Below are positions 1 to 11,056 of a stretch of DNA of 42,734 bases, one piece after another. The stretch lies in NCBI RefSeq assembly GCF_001194135.2, contig NC_068996.1, forward strand, positions 17,079,986 through 17,122,719. Reading direction: 5' to 3'. Position 1 is the stretch's first letter. Each line of letters opens with the position of its first letter. Position numbers and translations under genes: made by a program. Source of the stretch: Octopus bimaculoides. Lineage: Eukaryota. A model generated the notes under the pieces. The model had not been told where the DNA came from and did no database searches. It saw only the letters and a program-made list of their open reading frames with translations.

Positions 1-44
1 AAGATGTCTCGTAAAATATTGTAACATATTTTACGAGACATCTT
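1..44. repeat. Perfect 19-bp inverted repeat with 6-nt loop
   Basis: AAGATGTCTCGTAAAATAT (1-19) is the exact reverse complement of ATATTTTACGAGACATCTT (26-44); it abuts the window edge. Confidence 0.9.
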
Positions 45-288
45 ATGATGTGGTTTATTTTTCCGGGATACCCTATTGAAATGTGCATAGGTTTGGCTTA
101 TTGTGGTTGTTTCTGTTATTATAATTGTTGCTGCAATAAAGTATCTTCAATGCATTGATTTTGAGCTCTATCCTTTAAGAGACATGTATACATATATATA
201 TACAAAAACTCAACTGTGAGTTTTTGGCTAAGACTGTTAACAGATACTATATATTTTGTAAAATTTGTTTTATAAAAGTATATATTTA

Positions 289-400
289 ATATATATATGT
301 ATATATATATGTATGTGTGTGTATATATATATGTGTATGTATATATATGTATGTGTGTATATATATATGTATGTATGTGTATGTATATATGTGTGTGTGT
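289..400. repeat. Compound (TA)n/(TG)n microsatellite
   Basis: Direct reading; source of the spurious H/T/Y/I and C/V/Y ORFs. Confidence 0.95.
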
Positions 401-432
401 GAATGAAACAAATAAAAGAATATGTATATATT

Positions 433-638
433 TGTGTGTGTGTCTATGTTTGTCCCTCCACCATCGCTTGACAACCAATGTTGGTGTGTTTACGACTCCC
501 ATAGCCTAGTGGTTCGGCAAAAGATACTGATAGGATAAGTACCAGACTTACAAAGAATAAGTCCTGGGGTCAATATGTTCTTCTAAAGGTAGTGCTCCAG
601 CATGGCCACAGTCAAATGACTGAAACAAGTAAAACAAT
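433..638 (+). mobile_element. tRNA-derived SINE family A, 3' half
   Basis: Matches the 3' half of the full copy at 19539-19945 (CATCGCTTGACAACC...GCTCCAGCATGGCC...AAATGACTGAAACAAGTAAAA). Confidence 0.85.
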
Positions 639-868
639 ACATTCATTCATTCATTCATTTAGTCATTCATTCCTCATCTTACATTGGGAGTTGGTTCTAA
701 GATACGTAACTTAATAAAAAGAAAAAAACAAAGGAAAAATCATTTTAAAAACTTTCTTACCTTATATCCATTTTAATAAATGATTTGACTTTTCCACGTA
801 ATTAGTGGATTTTAGGTGCTTTTTAAAAATATATTTGTTATAAAAACTCATATAGATCAACTGAACTC

Positions 869-1120
869 NNNNNNNNNNNNNNNNNNNNNNNNNNNNNNNN
901 NNNNNNNNNNNNNNNNNNNNNNNNNNNNNNNNNNNNNNNNNNNNNNNNNNNNNNNNNNNNNNNNNNNNNNNNNNNNNNNNNNNNNNNNNNNNNNNNNNNN
1001 NNNNNNNNNNNNNNNNNNNNNNNNNNNNNNNNNNNNNNNNNNNNNNNNNNNNNNNNNNNNNNNNNNNNNNNNNNNNNNNNNNNNNNNNNNNNNNNNNNNN
1101 NNNNNNNNNNNNNNNNNNNN
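869..1120. other. Assembly gap
   Basis: Run of N. Confidence 1.
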
Positions 1121-1149
1121 ATATATATATATATATATATAAATAAAAT

Positions 1150-1380
1150 GCATCCAGCCGTGAAAACTATGCCGAAACAGACATTAAAGTGTGATGCAGT
1201 CTTCTACTCAGTGAGCTCCTGTTAAACCATCCAACCCATGCCAGCATGGAAAATGAACTTTAAATGATGATGATGATGATCATCATGACACACACACATA
1301 CATACGTGCATCATCATCATCATCATCATCATCGTTTAACGTCTGCTTTCCATGCTGGCATGGGTTGAACAGCTTGAATG
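1150..1380. mobile_element. Two RTE-LINE 3' tails, tail-to-tail
   Basis: CCAACCCATGCCAGCATGGAAA...(GAT)n on + followed by (CAT)n CGTTTAACGTCTGCTTTCCATGCTGGCATGGGTTG on -; same tail as 18700-18780. Confidence 0.8.
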
Positions 1381-1434
1381 CCCTGTATTGCATTTTTGTT
1401 CCTTTTATATGTACATATGTATGTATTCAGTAGC

Positions 1435-2050
1435 CACACCCCATGTGCTACATGGCAGTGAGACATAAACTATGGCTGCTAAGGGACATGTAAAGGCTTG
1501 AAAGAAATGAAGCTAGCATACTCTGCTGGTTGGGTAATGTCAATGTGCAGACATGACAGAGTGTAAGTGATTTGAGAGAAAAACTGGGAAAAGAGGGCAT
1601 CAGATGTAGAAGATTGCAGTGGTATGGTTATGTGATGTGTATGAATAATGACAGTTGTATTAAGAGGTGTTGATCTCCGTGGAAGGAATGTGTGGAAGGG
1701 GTAGGCCCAAGAAGACATGAGACAAAGTGGTGAGAAAGGATTTTCAGACGCTGAGTCTCAAAGAAAAGATGACAAGAGGTTGAGACTTCGGGTGGTTTGC
1801 TGTGTTTGAGAAAACACACCAAGCTAAGTAAAATCATGGTTGTCCTTACATACAAGCGTACCCCTACATCCCTCTTCCACTGAGTGATCCTAATCTTGAG
1901 AGATCATGGGTGCTGCTGCCACACAAAATGCACCTGTGCCAGTGTTATATAGAACCATCCATGCCAGTGCTGCATAAAAGCACCCAGTACACTCTGCAAA
2001 GTGGTTAGTGTTAGGAAAGGCATTCAGCCATGGAGATTATGGCAAAATTG
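1435..2050 (+). mobile_element. Degenerate RTE-clade LINE, ORF C-terminus plus 3'UTR
   Basis: Frameshifted translation VLHGSET..RLERNEAS..LREKLG..RRLQWYGYV..GRGRP, homologous to 24330-24720. Confidence 0.75.
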
Positions 2051-2222
2051 AAATGTGCCAGTGAAAGATGGTCCTGTGGCATGTCTGAGATAGATGTAAG
2101 TCAGAATAACAGCACAAACTAGGACAACCTGTTCCATTTATGCCAACATGGTAAATGGTCATGAATGTAAAAATGATGAGAATGATTCATATATATATAT
2201 ATATATATATACACCCCCCCCC

Positions 2223-2278
<56 letters not shown>

Positions 2279-2310
2279 CACACACATATATATATGCACA
2301 ATACACATAT

Positions 2311-2543
2311 AAGGCAGTGAGCTGGTAGAAACGTGACCACCCCGGGCGAAATGCTTACCGGTATTTCGTCTGCCGTTACATTCTGAGTTCAAATTCCACC
2401 GAGGTCGACCTTGCCTTTCATCCTTTCGGGGTCGATTAAATAAGTACCAGTTACGCACTGGGGTCAATATAATCGACTTAATCCGTTTGTCTGTCCTTGT
2501 TTGTCCCCTCTGTGTGTAGCCCCTTGTGGGTAGTAAAGAAATA
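2311..2543 (+). mobile_element. tRNA-derived SINE family B, full length
   Basis: Head AAGGCAGTGAGCTGG, B-box-like GAGTTCAAATTCC, body GTCGACCTTGCCTTTCATCC, tail GTGGGTAGTAAAGAAATA; matches 12770, 14545 and 17222 copies. Confidence 0.9.
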
Positions 2544-2615
2544 ACATATATATTGTTTATTTATGTGTATGTATGCAAATATATATATATGTGTGTGTGT
2601 GTGTGTGTATTTATA

Positions 2616-2909
2616 TCATCATCATCATCATCGTTTAACGTCCGCTTTCCATGCTAGCATGGGTTGGACGATTTGACTGAGGACTGGTGAAACCGGATGG
2701 CAACACCAGGCTCCAATCTAATTTGGCAGAGTTTCTACAGCTGGATGCCCTTCCTAATGCCAACCACTCAGAGAGTGTAGTGGGTGCTTTTACGTGTCAC
2801 CCGCACGAAGGCCAGTCAAGCGGTACTGGCAACGGCCACGCTCGAAATGGTGTCTTTTATGTGCCACCCACACAAAAGCCAGTCCAGGGGCACTGGCAAC
2901 GATCTCGCT
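2616..2909 (-). mobile_element. RTE-LINE 3'UTR/tail
   Basis: Reverse-complement match to 18540-18780; ends in (GAT)n on -. Confidence 0.85.
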
Positions 2910-2910
2910 T

Positions 2911-3285
2911 GATCTTTTATTGTTTACTTGTTCTGGTCATTAGACTGTGCCCATGCTGGGATACCACTGTAAATTTTTAGTTAAATGAATCAACCCCAAT
3001 ACTTATTCTGTCGGACTCTTTTGCCAAATCACTATGTTATGGGGGATGTAAACACACCAACGCTGGTTGTCAAGTGGTGGTGGTGGTGACAAACAAAGAC
3101 ACACACACACACGCGTATATATACGACGAGCTTCTTTCAGTTTCCGTCTACCAAATTCACTCACAAGGCTTTGGTCAGCTTAAGGCTGTAGTAGAAGACA
3201 TTTGCCCAAGGTGCCACAAAGTGGGACTGAACCCAGTACCATGAGGTTGGGAAACAAGTTTATTACCACACAGCCATACCTGTGC
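2911..3285 (-). mobile_element. SINE family A, near full length
   Basis: Reverse-complement match to 19539-19945, including tRNA-like head GGTTCAGTCCCAC. Confidence 0.85.
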
Positions 3286-3594
3286 CTATACAAACACACC
3301 AAACACACAAACTTGTACATACACATATATACTTACACAAATATCAACATGTATATATCCGTGTGTGTGTGTGCCCAAACTTGCTTCATGGCTATAGAAC
3401 CTGGCACATGTCCAAGTTGCAATGCAGTTGGATGAAACCCAGATCTCATGAGTGCAAACAAACTTCCTAGCCATTTGGCCATATTGTGTCTGTCTATCTC
3501 TCTCTGCCTACTTCTCTCTCTATATGTGTATAAATACATATGCTTATATATGCATATAAATACATATGTTCATATATGTGTGCCTCTGTGTGTA

Positions 3595-3865
3595 TTTGCT
3601 ACCATCTCATCTTCCTTTTTCGGCTGGAACCTTACTCCATCTACAGATTCAGTCTTTCTAGTGCTCAACAGTTTCTCATTTACACAACCCCTACCCCAGC
3701 ACCTGTTATCCTCTGTTTTAGAAATCCCTATCTCCTCCTCTTCCCTCCCCTCAAATGTGTCAACCAGTATTTCTCTAAACCTGTATTAGAGGAATCTTTC
3801 AGCTTCCATCAGTTCCTTCTCTGGATTGTCTTCTGGCTGTGTTGGTATTATTCCTGACATCACTG
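3595..3865 (-). mobile_element. Possible LINE ORF1 relic (L1/Tx1-like)
   Basis: Minus-strand ISKTEDNRCWGRG resembles RSEKNGVG / RSRRENWTG in the ORF1-like relics at about 35050 and 41250; heavily decayed. Confidence 0.35.
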
Positions 3866-3935
3866 CTCACTAGTTTATGTTCTGTGGAACATTCTTACTT
3901 CTTCCTTTCTTTCTACTCTAGGGACAAAGGGACAA

Positions 3936-4031
3936 TTACTTTAACCCCAGTATTTAACTGATATTTATTTTACTGCTTCCAAAAGGATGAGAGGTGAAGT
4001 TGACTTTAGTGACATTTGAACTCAGAAAATA
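3936..4031 (-). mobile_element. SINE family B remnant
   Basis: AAAGGATGAGAGG..GTTGAC..ATTTGAACTCAGAA is the reverse complement of the SINE-B core. Confidence 0.65.
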
Positions 4032-4245
4032 AATCTGGAAGAAATGCTACCGAGCAGTAATGATTCTGCCAGATCACAGCAGCAGAAGTTATCACAAGGT
4101 GGCTATTCTCCAAGAGAAATGAGCCCTGTAAGGGGCAGTATTACTTGGGATATTACTAACTGGGCACAAGCTATGGGCTCGATCAACCCCCAACTGGGTC
4201 CCTGGGTGAGAGCATCTGTTAAAATACCTAAAACACTTGATGATG

Positions 4246-4366
4246 TCCAGTTGAGTTTGATGATAAGCTCTTTGAGGCATTACGTGAAGAAAATCCTGCA
4301 TTATCAGTTGAAGAATTGGCAATAAAGCTTAGTTCAAACCATACAACTGTTCATTGTCATCTTCAA
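4246..4366 (+). mobile_element. Isolated mariner transposase fragment
   Basis: Near-identical to 6225-6305 (PVEFDDKL..EENPALSVEELAIK), continuing LSSNHTTVH into sequence hidden by the gap in the other copy. Confidence 0.85.
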
Positions 4367-4494
4367 AGATGCACTGATGAGATGATGCATCATAAAACAT
4401 AGCTTTATCTTGTCCAAGTTATAAAACTGAAAATGAATTATTTCATGTCTCTTGAAGCTTCTCAATTTTTATGATGTATACCAATGCTACTGAA

Positions 4495-4735
4495 AGTGGT
4501 GGTCTGCAGACCAGCACTGGTCTGCAAGCCATCGGCTACCAGTACGCGGTGAGTTTCCAGAAAAGAAAGAAACATTATAAAATGCTTATGCAATATTGTA
4601 TTATTTGTTTACAGAATAAATATAAGAAAAATAAATTGTCAATTTTTATTATATTATTATATATATTGTTTCTGGTATAAATTAGTATTAATAAGAAATA
4701 TTACCGGTCCCTGGTACATTTGAAAAAAACTGCCA
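4495..4735. mobile_element. Possible decayed hAT-type MITE
   Basis: GGTCTGCAGACC..GGTCTGCAAGCC..CCAGTACGCGGTGAGTTTCCAGAAAAG and distal ACCGGTCCCTGGT resemble the GGTCCGCGG subterminal motifs of hAT MITEs; no TIRs or TSD confirmed. Confidence 0.35.
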
Positions 4736-5514
4736 GTATACCACATCAGATAGTTTGATGTATACAACACACACATACACAGAGCCATCTGCATATTATA
4801 CTTAATGTATATACACTGTTTATAGGCTAGTTACAGTGTTATTCATCCTGAAATAACATTTCTTATGGACTTGCTGCATTAAAAACATAATAAATGAAGG
4901 AGGAAGGCAAAGATCATTCTAACGACAGCAGCAGTAGCAGCAGCCTGTGAGATATGCAAATTTCGTTAAAGATTTCCATGGGACTTTTCAATGTTGTGAA
5001 CTCACCACCAGCCATATGATTAGTTCAGAATTCATTGTCACTGATATTGGAAACAGTAAATAAGACACCCACAGGTGTTGTAAATGGCAGTCTGGATGAA
5101 AGAAAATCCAGTAAATGCAAATGAGGCAGCATTATATTAAAATAGCCATGTATGTATCATAAATAAGGATTAGGCCTGGCATACCAACAACAATTTTCAT
5201 CTCACTCTGTTATTTATTGTTTTAAAACAGCACATCTATAAGAGATGTTATCTCTGCACAAATACTTCAGTAACTGGCCTATCAACAGGCCTTATCTATT
5301 TTTCACTCTGAAGTAGTAGAGGCCCTTAGTTTCCAACAGAGTTAGAAGCTCTCTGAACTTTGTCCAGCATGTTTTATGAATGTCTTTACTGAAGTGAAAA
5401 TTAATTGCTCTGAAAATTTAACAAGCAAAATGATAACACAGATACACAAGTACACACAGCATCATTATCATCATCATCATTATATGAGCCAAACAAAATG
5501 ACAATTCGTCTAAT

Positions 5515-5670
5515 TTTATGTTCCGGTTTCAAATTCCATGGGATCCAACTTCACCTTTCACTCTTGTGGGGTCAATAAAATAAATACCAGTTGAACACTG
5601 GGGTCAAGGTAATAAACTAGTCCCTCCCACAAAATTTCAGGCCTTGTACCTTTAGTAGAACGGATTTTAT
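5515..5670 (+). mobile_element. SINE family B, alternative-tail variant, 5' truncated
   Basis: TTCAAATTCC..CCTTTCA..GGGGTCAATAAAA..ACCAGTTGAACACTGGGGTC..AAAATTTCAGGCCTTGT. Confidence 0.7.
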
Positions 5671-5847
5671 GAACACCTTCCATGCTGACATGGGTGAGAT
5701 GGGTTGACACATTCTGTGTCAGTTCTTATTGGGCATTACTGTGCTCCTAGGGGTGGGGGGTCAATCAATCATGAATATTGCAGAAAAGCATAACTGGTGT
5801 AAGGTGAGTTTGAAGTGTGAATGATGGGTACTGACAGGGTGTTAATA

Positions 5848-7179
5848 TCAGGTCATCCCATAAGTTCTGTCCAATTTTATCTTTTTTAAAACTGAATGAA
5901 ATTTAATAGTATTTTAGAATGTCTAATGGAATAATAATTATTTTTATGCATTTGTGTACATTTAAACTAATTAGATATTATTTTACAGAATAATAGAATT
6001 AAAATTTCTTTGATTAAAACCCTTTCTAACATGGAAGTATCCAAAGAACATTTAAAGCACATAATGCTTTATGAGTACAAAAAAGAAACTCTGCAGCTGA
6101 AGCGACTCGAAACATACACTCAGTTTATGGGAAAGAATGCTTGAATGAAAGAACTTGCAGAAGATGGTTTGCAAAATTCAGAAGTGGAGATTTCAGCCTT
6201 GAAGATTAAGATCGAACAGGATATCCAGTTGAGTTTGATGATAAGCTCCTTGAGGCATTACTTGAAGAAAATCCTGCATTATCAGTTGAAGAATTGGCAA
6301 TAAAGNNNNNNNNNNNNNNNNNNNNNNNNNNNNNNNNNNNNNNNNNNNNNNNNNNNNNNNNNNNNNNNNNNNNNNNNNNNNNNNNNNNNNNNNNNNNNNN
6401 NNNNNNNNNNNNNNNNNNNNNNNNNNNNNNNNNNNNNNNNNNNNNNNNNNNNNNNNNNNNNNNNNNNNNNNNNNNNNNNNNNNNNNNNNNNNNNNNNNNN
6501 NNNNNNNNNNNNNNNNNNNNNNNNNNNNNNNNNNNNNNNNNNNNNNNNNNNNNNNNNNNNNNNNNNNNNNNNNNNNNNNNNNNNNNNNNNNNNNNNNNNN
6601 NNNNNNNNNNNNNNNNNNNNNNNNNNNNNNNNNNNNNNNNNNNNNNNNNNNNNNNNNNNNNNNNNNNNNNNNNNNNNNNNNNNNNNNNNNNNNNNNNNNN
6701 NNNNNNNNNNNNNNNNNNNNNNNNNNNNNNNNNNNNNNNNNNNNNNNNNNNNNNNNNNNNNNNNNNNNNNNNNNNNNNNNNNNNNNNNNNNNNNNNNNNN
6801 NNNNNNNNNNNNNNNNNNNNNNNNNNNNNNNNNNNNNNNNNNNNNNNNNNNNNNNNNNNNNNNNNNNNNNNNNNNNNNNNNNNNNTAATTATTTTTATGC
6901 ATTTGTGTACATTTAAACTAATTAGATATTATTTTACAGAATCATTTGGGGGACATAACTTTCACAAGCCAGGAGGAGGTCGAAACTGACATTTCAGAGT
7001 TCTTTGCTTTGAAACCAAAAGAGTTTTACATTGATGAGATTAAAAAGCTTGTAAATAGATAGAAGGAAGTCATAGATGATCAGGGAAAGTACATTGATGA
7101 TTAAATTTCAGTTAAATATAACATTTGATCACTTGTTTTCTTTATTCAAAATTCGGACAGAACTTATGGGATGACCTGA
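5848..7179 (+). mobile_element. Mariner DNA transposon, defective, spanning a gap
   Basis: TIRs TCAGGTCATCCCATAAGTTCTGTCC / GGACAGAACTTATGGGATGACCTGA, TA on both sides; ATG at 6031 (MEVSKEHLKHIMLYEYKK, frameshift, ERTCRRWFAKFRSGDFSLED*); C-terminus LQNHL..FYIDEIKKLVNR*..DDQGKYIDD* ends at 7104. Confidence 0.95.
6306..6885. other. Assembly gap
   Basis: Run of N. Confidence 1.
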
Positions 7180-7400
7180 TAGTAAGAGTAACAGATGGCA
7201 AGAACAGGGTCTCTGGGGACAAATAAGTAATTATGACAGTACACAGGAGTGTTAGGATTGTATGTATTGATTACAGACATGTCCTGTGTGACCCCTTATA
7301 CATAGGCATTGTCACGGGCCAGAGTAAAATGTTCAAAGATGTTGTTAGTATCGGCTGAATAAGGGTAGATCCAGTATTACATGTCATTATAGGGGCAACA

Positions 7401-7440
7401 TGAGTGATACGGAGATGAGTGATACGGAGATGAGTGATGA
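7401..7440. repeat. 15-bp tandem repeat, about 2.6 copies
   Basis: TGAGTGATACGGAGA repeated. Confidence 0.85.
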
Positions 7441-7441
7441 C

Positions 7442-7858
7442 TAACCCTTAAACATTCAAATCGCCCTATCAAATGTAATGCTTATTTATTCACATTGTTT
7501 TGAATTTATCCTGCATTATCTAGTAGCCTTGAAATCTTGACAATGTGATTGTTGATGTTCAAAATGACATTGTTGGGTAGATGCCAAACACTAAATCTAG
7601 CCAGTTTGAACATAAAGCAAGCAGAATATTTTGGCTGGATATGGGTTAAACCAGCCATATTCAACCAAACTATTCTACCTGTTTTATGTTCAAACCAGCC
7701 AGATTTGGCCTCTCACACCTACCTTACAATGTCATTCTAAAAAATAAATGATCACATCATCAAAATCTTAATGCTACAAGATCAGGCATGATCAGTTCAA
7801 AACAATGTGAATAAAAAGGTATCATATTTGATAGAATAATCTGAATGTTAGAGAGTTG
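7442..7858. mobile_element. Foldback: two inverted copies of a ~210-bp piggyBac-like MITE unit
   Basis: Left arm and reverse complement of right arm share TTTATTCACATTGTTTTGAA, AATGACATTGT, GTTTGAACATAAA; ends resemble decayed TTAA|CCCT. Confidence 0.75.
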
Positions 7859-8679
7859 AGGGACAGGGTTGCAGTTGTATATTTGGGAGCAGACGTGCCA
7901 TCAGCCTCCAATATTATCACCTTTATGTAAGTATCATTTGAATTTACCATGCCTTCATGAGGAAGGTGAGATCTAGTCTTCTGCACTGCATATTACCAGT
8001 CAACATAATCAATTTTTTATCTGTCATAAAATGCAACATCATAGAATTAAACCTTCATCACTTGATCTGAAGTTGTTCTCTGCCTCCTTCTAATTCCTCT
8101 GTCATGTATTTTGGATGTATTCTACAAAGACACTCTGGCAGATGTATGGGCCTGTCCTAAATAAGAAGCATATGCAGAGATAAATGTTCAAGGCTTGTCC
8201 AAACTTGAATATACTTCAAATAATTTTCCCTCTTATCTATCCATTTTTCAGCTAAATATATATCTATTCCATTCCATCCATACTACTGTCTTGATGGTAG
8301 CAGAGATGAGATAGTTGGTAGGACGTCTGACTGAGGGACATCAGACTTCTCTCTCCTTACTTCTTGCATACAACACTCATCTATTCACCTTGATTCCAGT
8401 GTCTCATGGCTTACCATTCATTGGGATAACATTGTTGGTAATCATCTTGAAGTTGATGACTTGACAGGAAATGAATTTCTTTGAAGGTAATTCCTCTCGT
8501 TGGCATCTATCTTCTACACTGGGAAGCAGGGAGAAAGTTCGTGTAATTTACTCCACTGTGCTTGGAGGGTTCTCCCACATGATTAAATGCTTCTGTCTTC
8601 AGTTTTGTTATTATTTTTATTATTTAATATTATTATCAAGGCAGAATTTATGGCATGCTGGGCAAAATGATTAGTAACA

Positions 8680-9120
8680 TTTTGTCCATCTTTATGTTCT
8701 AAGTTCAAATTCTGCCAAAGCTGATTTTGCCTTTCATGCTCTCAGGGTTTATAAAATAAGTACCAGTTGAACACAGAAGTCAATTTAATTAGCATGGCCC
8801 CCTCCCACAAAATTTGAAACCAATGTTATTAAGGCAATGAAGTGGCATAATTGTTAACATGCCAGGCAAAATGCTAAGCGGTTTTATTTCACCTGTCTTT
8901 ATGTTCTGAGTTCAAATTCTTTCAAAGTCAACTTTGCCTTTCATCCTCTCGGGGTCGATAAATTATGTACCAGTTGCGGTATTTCGTCTGTCTTTGCTTT
9001 TCATCCTTTCAGGATTGATAAATTAAGTACCAGTCAAGTACTGGGGTTGATGTGATTGACTATCCCTGCTTCGTACAAATCCCAGGCCTTGCACCTATAG
9101 TAGAAAGGATTATTATTATA
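8680..9120 (+). mobile_element. Cluster of SINE family B copies and partial duplications
   Basis: Repeated GTTCAAATTC / GCCTTTCAT / TAAGTACCAGT cores, tail AGTAGAAAGGATTATTATT. Confidence 0.75.
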
Positions 9121-9254
9121 ATTAATAATAATAAATATAGTCTATGGTAGTCCTAGTCAAAAAGTAGACTTTAATGCTAATTGTTGTTAGCACTGGCATT
9201 ATGTATATGTTGATATATTCTTATTGACATGCACATAAGAGTCTACTCTTTATG

Positions 9255-9800
9255 ATGTGTATTGACTAGGAGTATCAAAATACCACTTGTATGTATTTAT
9301 GGGGATAGGAAACTTCTGAAGGTAGTAGTTGCCAAAGGAGCACAAATTAAAACTCTTTAGGCCTGAGATGAACTTAACACTGGAAGAGTGCTTGCAGAAT
9401 GGCTTTGTCCCTTCACACACATATTGGACAGGTTCGGCTGACAGTGTTTCTGTTTCTATTGAGTTTATCTTGAACTGGCATGTTCTCTGGTAGTAATGCC
9501 AGACCAGAGATTGATGGAATTTATCCATGGATCCTGGTGTGGAAGTCCTCTGGGACAGACAGGCCAGTTAATTTTCACTGACAACTAGTGTTCAGTCACC
9601 AAATAATTCTCTATAAAATGTCAGCAAGAAACTTCTGCATTGCCCAACTTGTCGAGGATTGTGAGTGCTTGACGACATTCCAGCTGCCAAGCACCCTATC
9701 TCAGCCTTTGTTTAACCCAGGGCCCAGCTCTGTTTGTTAAAGCGACAAACGGTGTTGGGGTGGGGAAACCCATCTGATAAACAACAGCCATACCTTTTCA
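9255..9800 (-). mobile_element. Degenerate L1/Tx1-like LINE ORF2 C-terminus (zf-RVT region)
   Basis: Frameshifted minus translation LECRQALT..PGSMDKFHQSLVWHYY..MPVQDKLNRNRNTVSRTCPICV*RDKAILQALFQC fits the C-x2-C...H-x4-C domain of L1/Tx1 ORF2 with His decayed. Confidence 0.6.
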
Positions 9801-10645
9801 TTGTCAAGCAAGTGCTGAAAATGATGCACCCTCTGCACATGCTTGCACATCATCAGCCACATTGTATCCAGCACCACATGCAGTGGATGTCACTGACTCA
9901 AATGGAGCGACTGAGCAGTGGAATGCTTCTTCCAGAAAAAGCAGTGAGATGCTCTGGTTTGGTTAGACGTGTGCTGGAATTAGAAACGATAATAAAGGAA
10001 TAAATACATAAATAAACAAATAAATAGATATCAGCAATACAAATAATTCTAGGTCTCGGTGTCTAATTTTATCTTATTAATTGGACTGAAGATTGTATCT
10101 ATTCAGATTATTATATATTTTCCCCCTTCCACATCGAACGCAAATACACAAAAATATACATATTTTTCTATTATTAGTACAACATCAATGGATCGTTTCG
10201 GAGCTGCAGAAAGAAGGATGATGATGATGATGACGATGAAGAAAAAGAAGGAGGAGGTGTTGATGGTGTTGTTGGTCATTCGGTGTGTAACGAATGATCA
10301 GACAAAGTAAAGATAAATTCCGTTTCATAAAGTCTAGAATTGTAGCTATTAATTAGGCGTCAGGTCTGACTTGATTGACAAAACATATTCCAGCAGTCTC
10401 TACTTTGGTTTTCCCTTCTTCCTTTACTATCTTTTTTTTTTTCATCTAGGTATTGTAAAATTTGTACAATATCCCAAGTTTAATTTGAGAAGAAAAGGTG
10501 ATATGGTATGCGGTTTTAGCAAAATTTTGGCTGCTATTATGTGACGCGTCAAGCAAATGGTGGAAAGACTTCTGCCCCCCCCCCCTCCAATTTTCTCCCA
10601 AATTTGTTTATTTAAAAATTTTTTTTTGGCAAAAATCCCTATTTT

Positions 10646-11056
10646 CGGATACGGAGGTTCCGGAAAATTGCCAGAAATTGGTTTTGTGAAATTCACCCTC
10701 CTCCAACTTCTTCAATTTTGACTTTTTTCCCCAACACTAACCCTAAAAACCTAACCTGAACCCTAACCCTAAAACCCTAACCCTCTAACCGTAACCTTAA
10801 GTACAGAAATGTTTTGAAATTTTTGTGCGAATCATAATGTCCATATTTTTCCGCATACTTAGATAAAAAAGATTCTTAAAAAAAAATTTTACAGAAATTT
10901 TCGGAAATTTTTTTCAGAATCATAATCTCCGTATTTTTGCGCATATTTTGAAGAAAAAAAAATTTTCTGAATAAAGTGAAAAATGAAGGAAAGAGGTGGT
11001 GGGGTGGTAATTTAGAAATGTCGATTTTTGTCAATTTTTTTACAGATTCGTATCCC
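10646..11056. mobile_element. MITE-like element with decayed TIRs containing telomere-like repeats
   Basis: Ends CGGATACG / CGTATCCC with imperfect ~60-bp inverted similarity; degenerate (CCCTAA)n at about 10736-10800; ~88-bp internal duplication at 10803 and 10891. Confidence 0.55.

Noticed and set aside
91-185. Candidate exon VWLIVVVSVIIIVAAIKYLQCIDFELYPLRD
   Set aside because: Weak donor, the hydrophobic run may come from decayed TTG/ATT repeats, and no linked exons were found.
119-509. ORFs rich in H/T/Y/I or C/V/Y (also at 2119-2467, 25074-25479, 26335-26766, 36991-37404)
   Set aside because: They are translations of dinucleotide microsatellites.
816-1153. Long ORFs crossing N runs (also 6282-6989 and 27099-28098)
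   Set aside because: They stay open only because N contains no stop codons.
7880-8600. Possible ancient LINE relics (also 14880-15300 and 36500-36900)
   Set aside because: Composition is suggestive, but I could not read any diagnostic motif.
10120-10281. Minus-strand signal-peptide-like ORF MTNNTINTSSFFFFIVIIIIILLSA
   Set aside because: The hydrophobic core is a (CAT)/(CTT) microsatellite and there is no downstream in-frame exon.
10736-10800. True telomere or chromosome fusion site
   Set aside because: Short, degenerate, single orientation and embedded in a MITE-like element.
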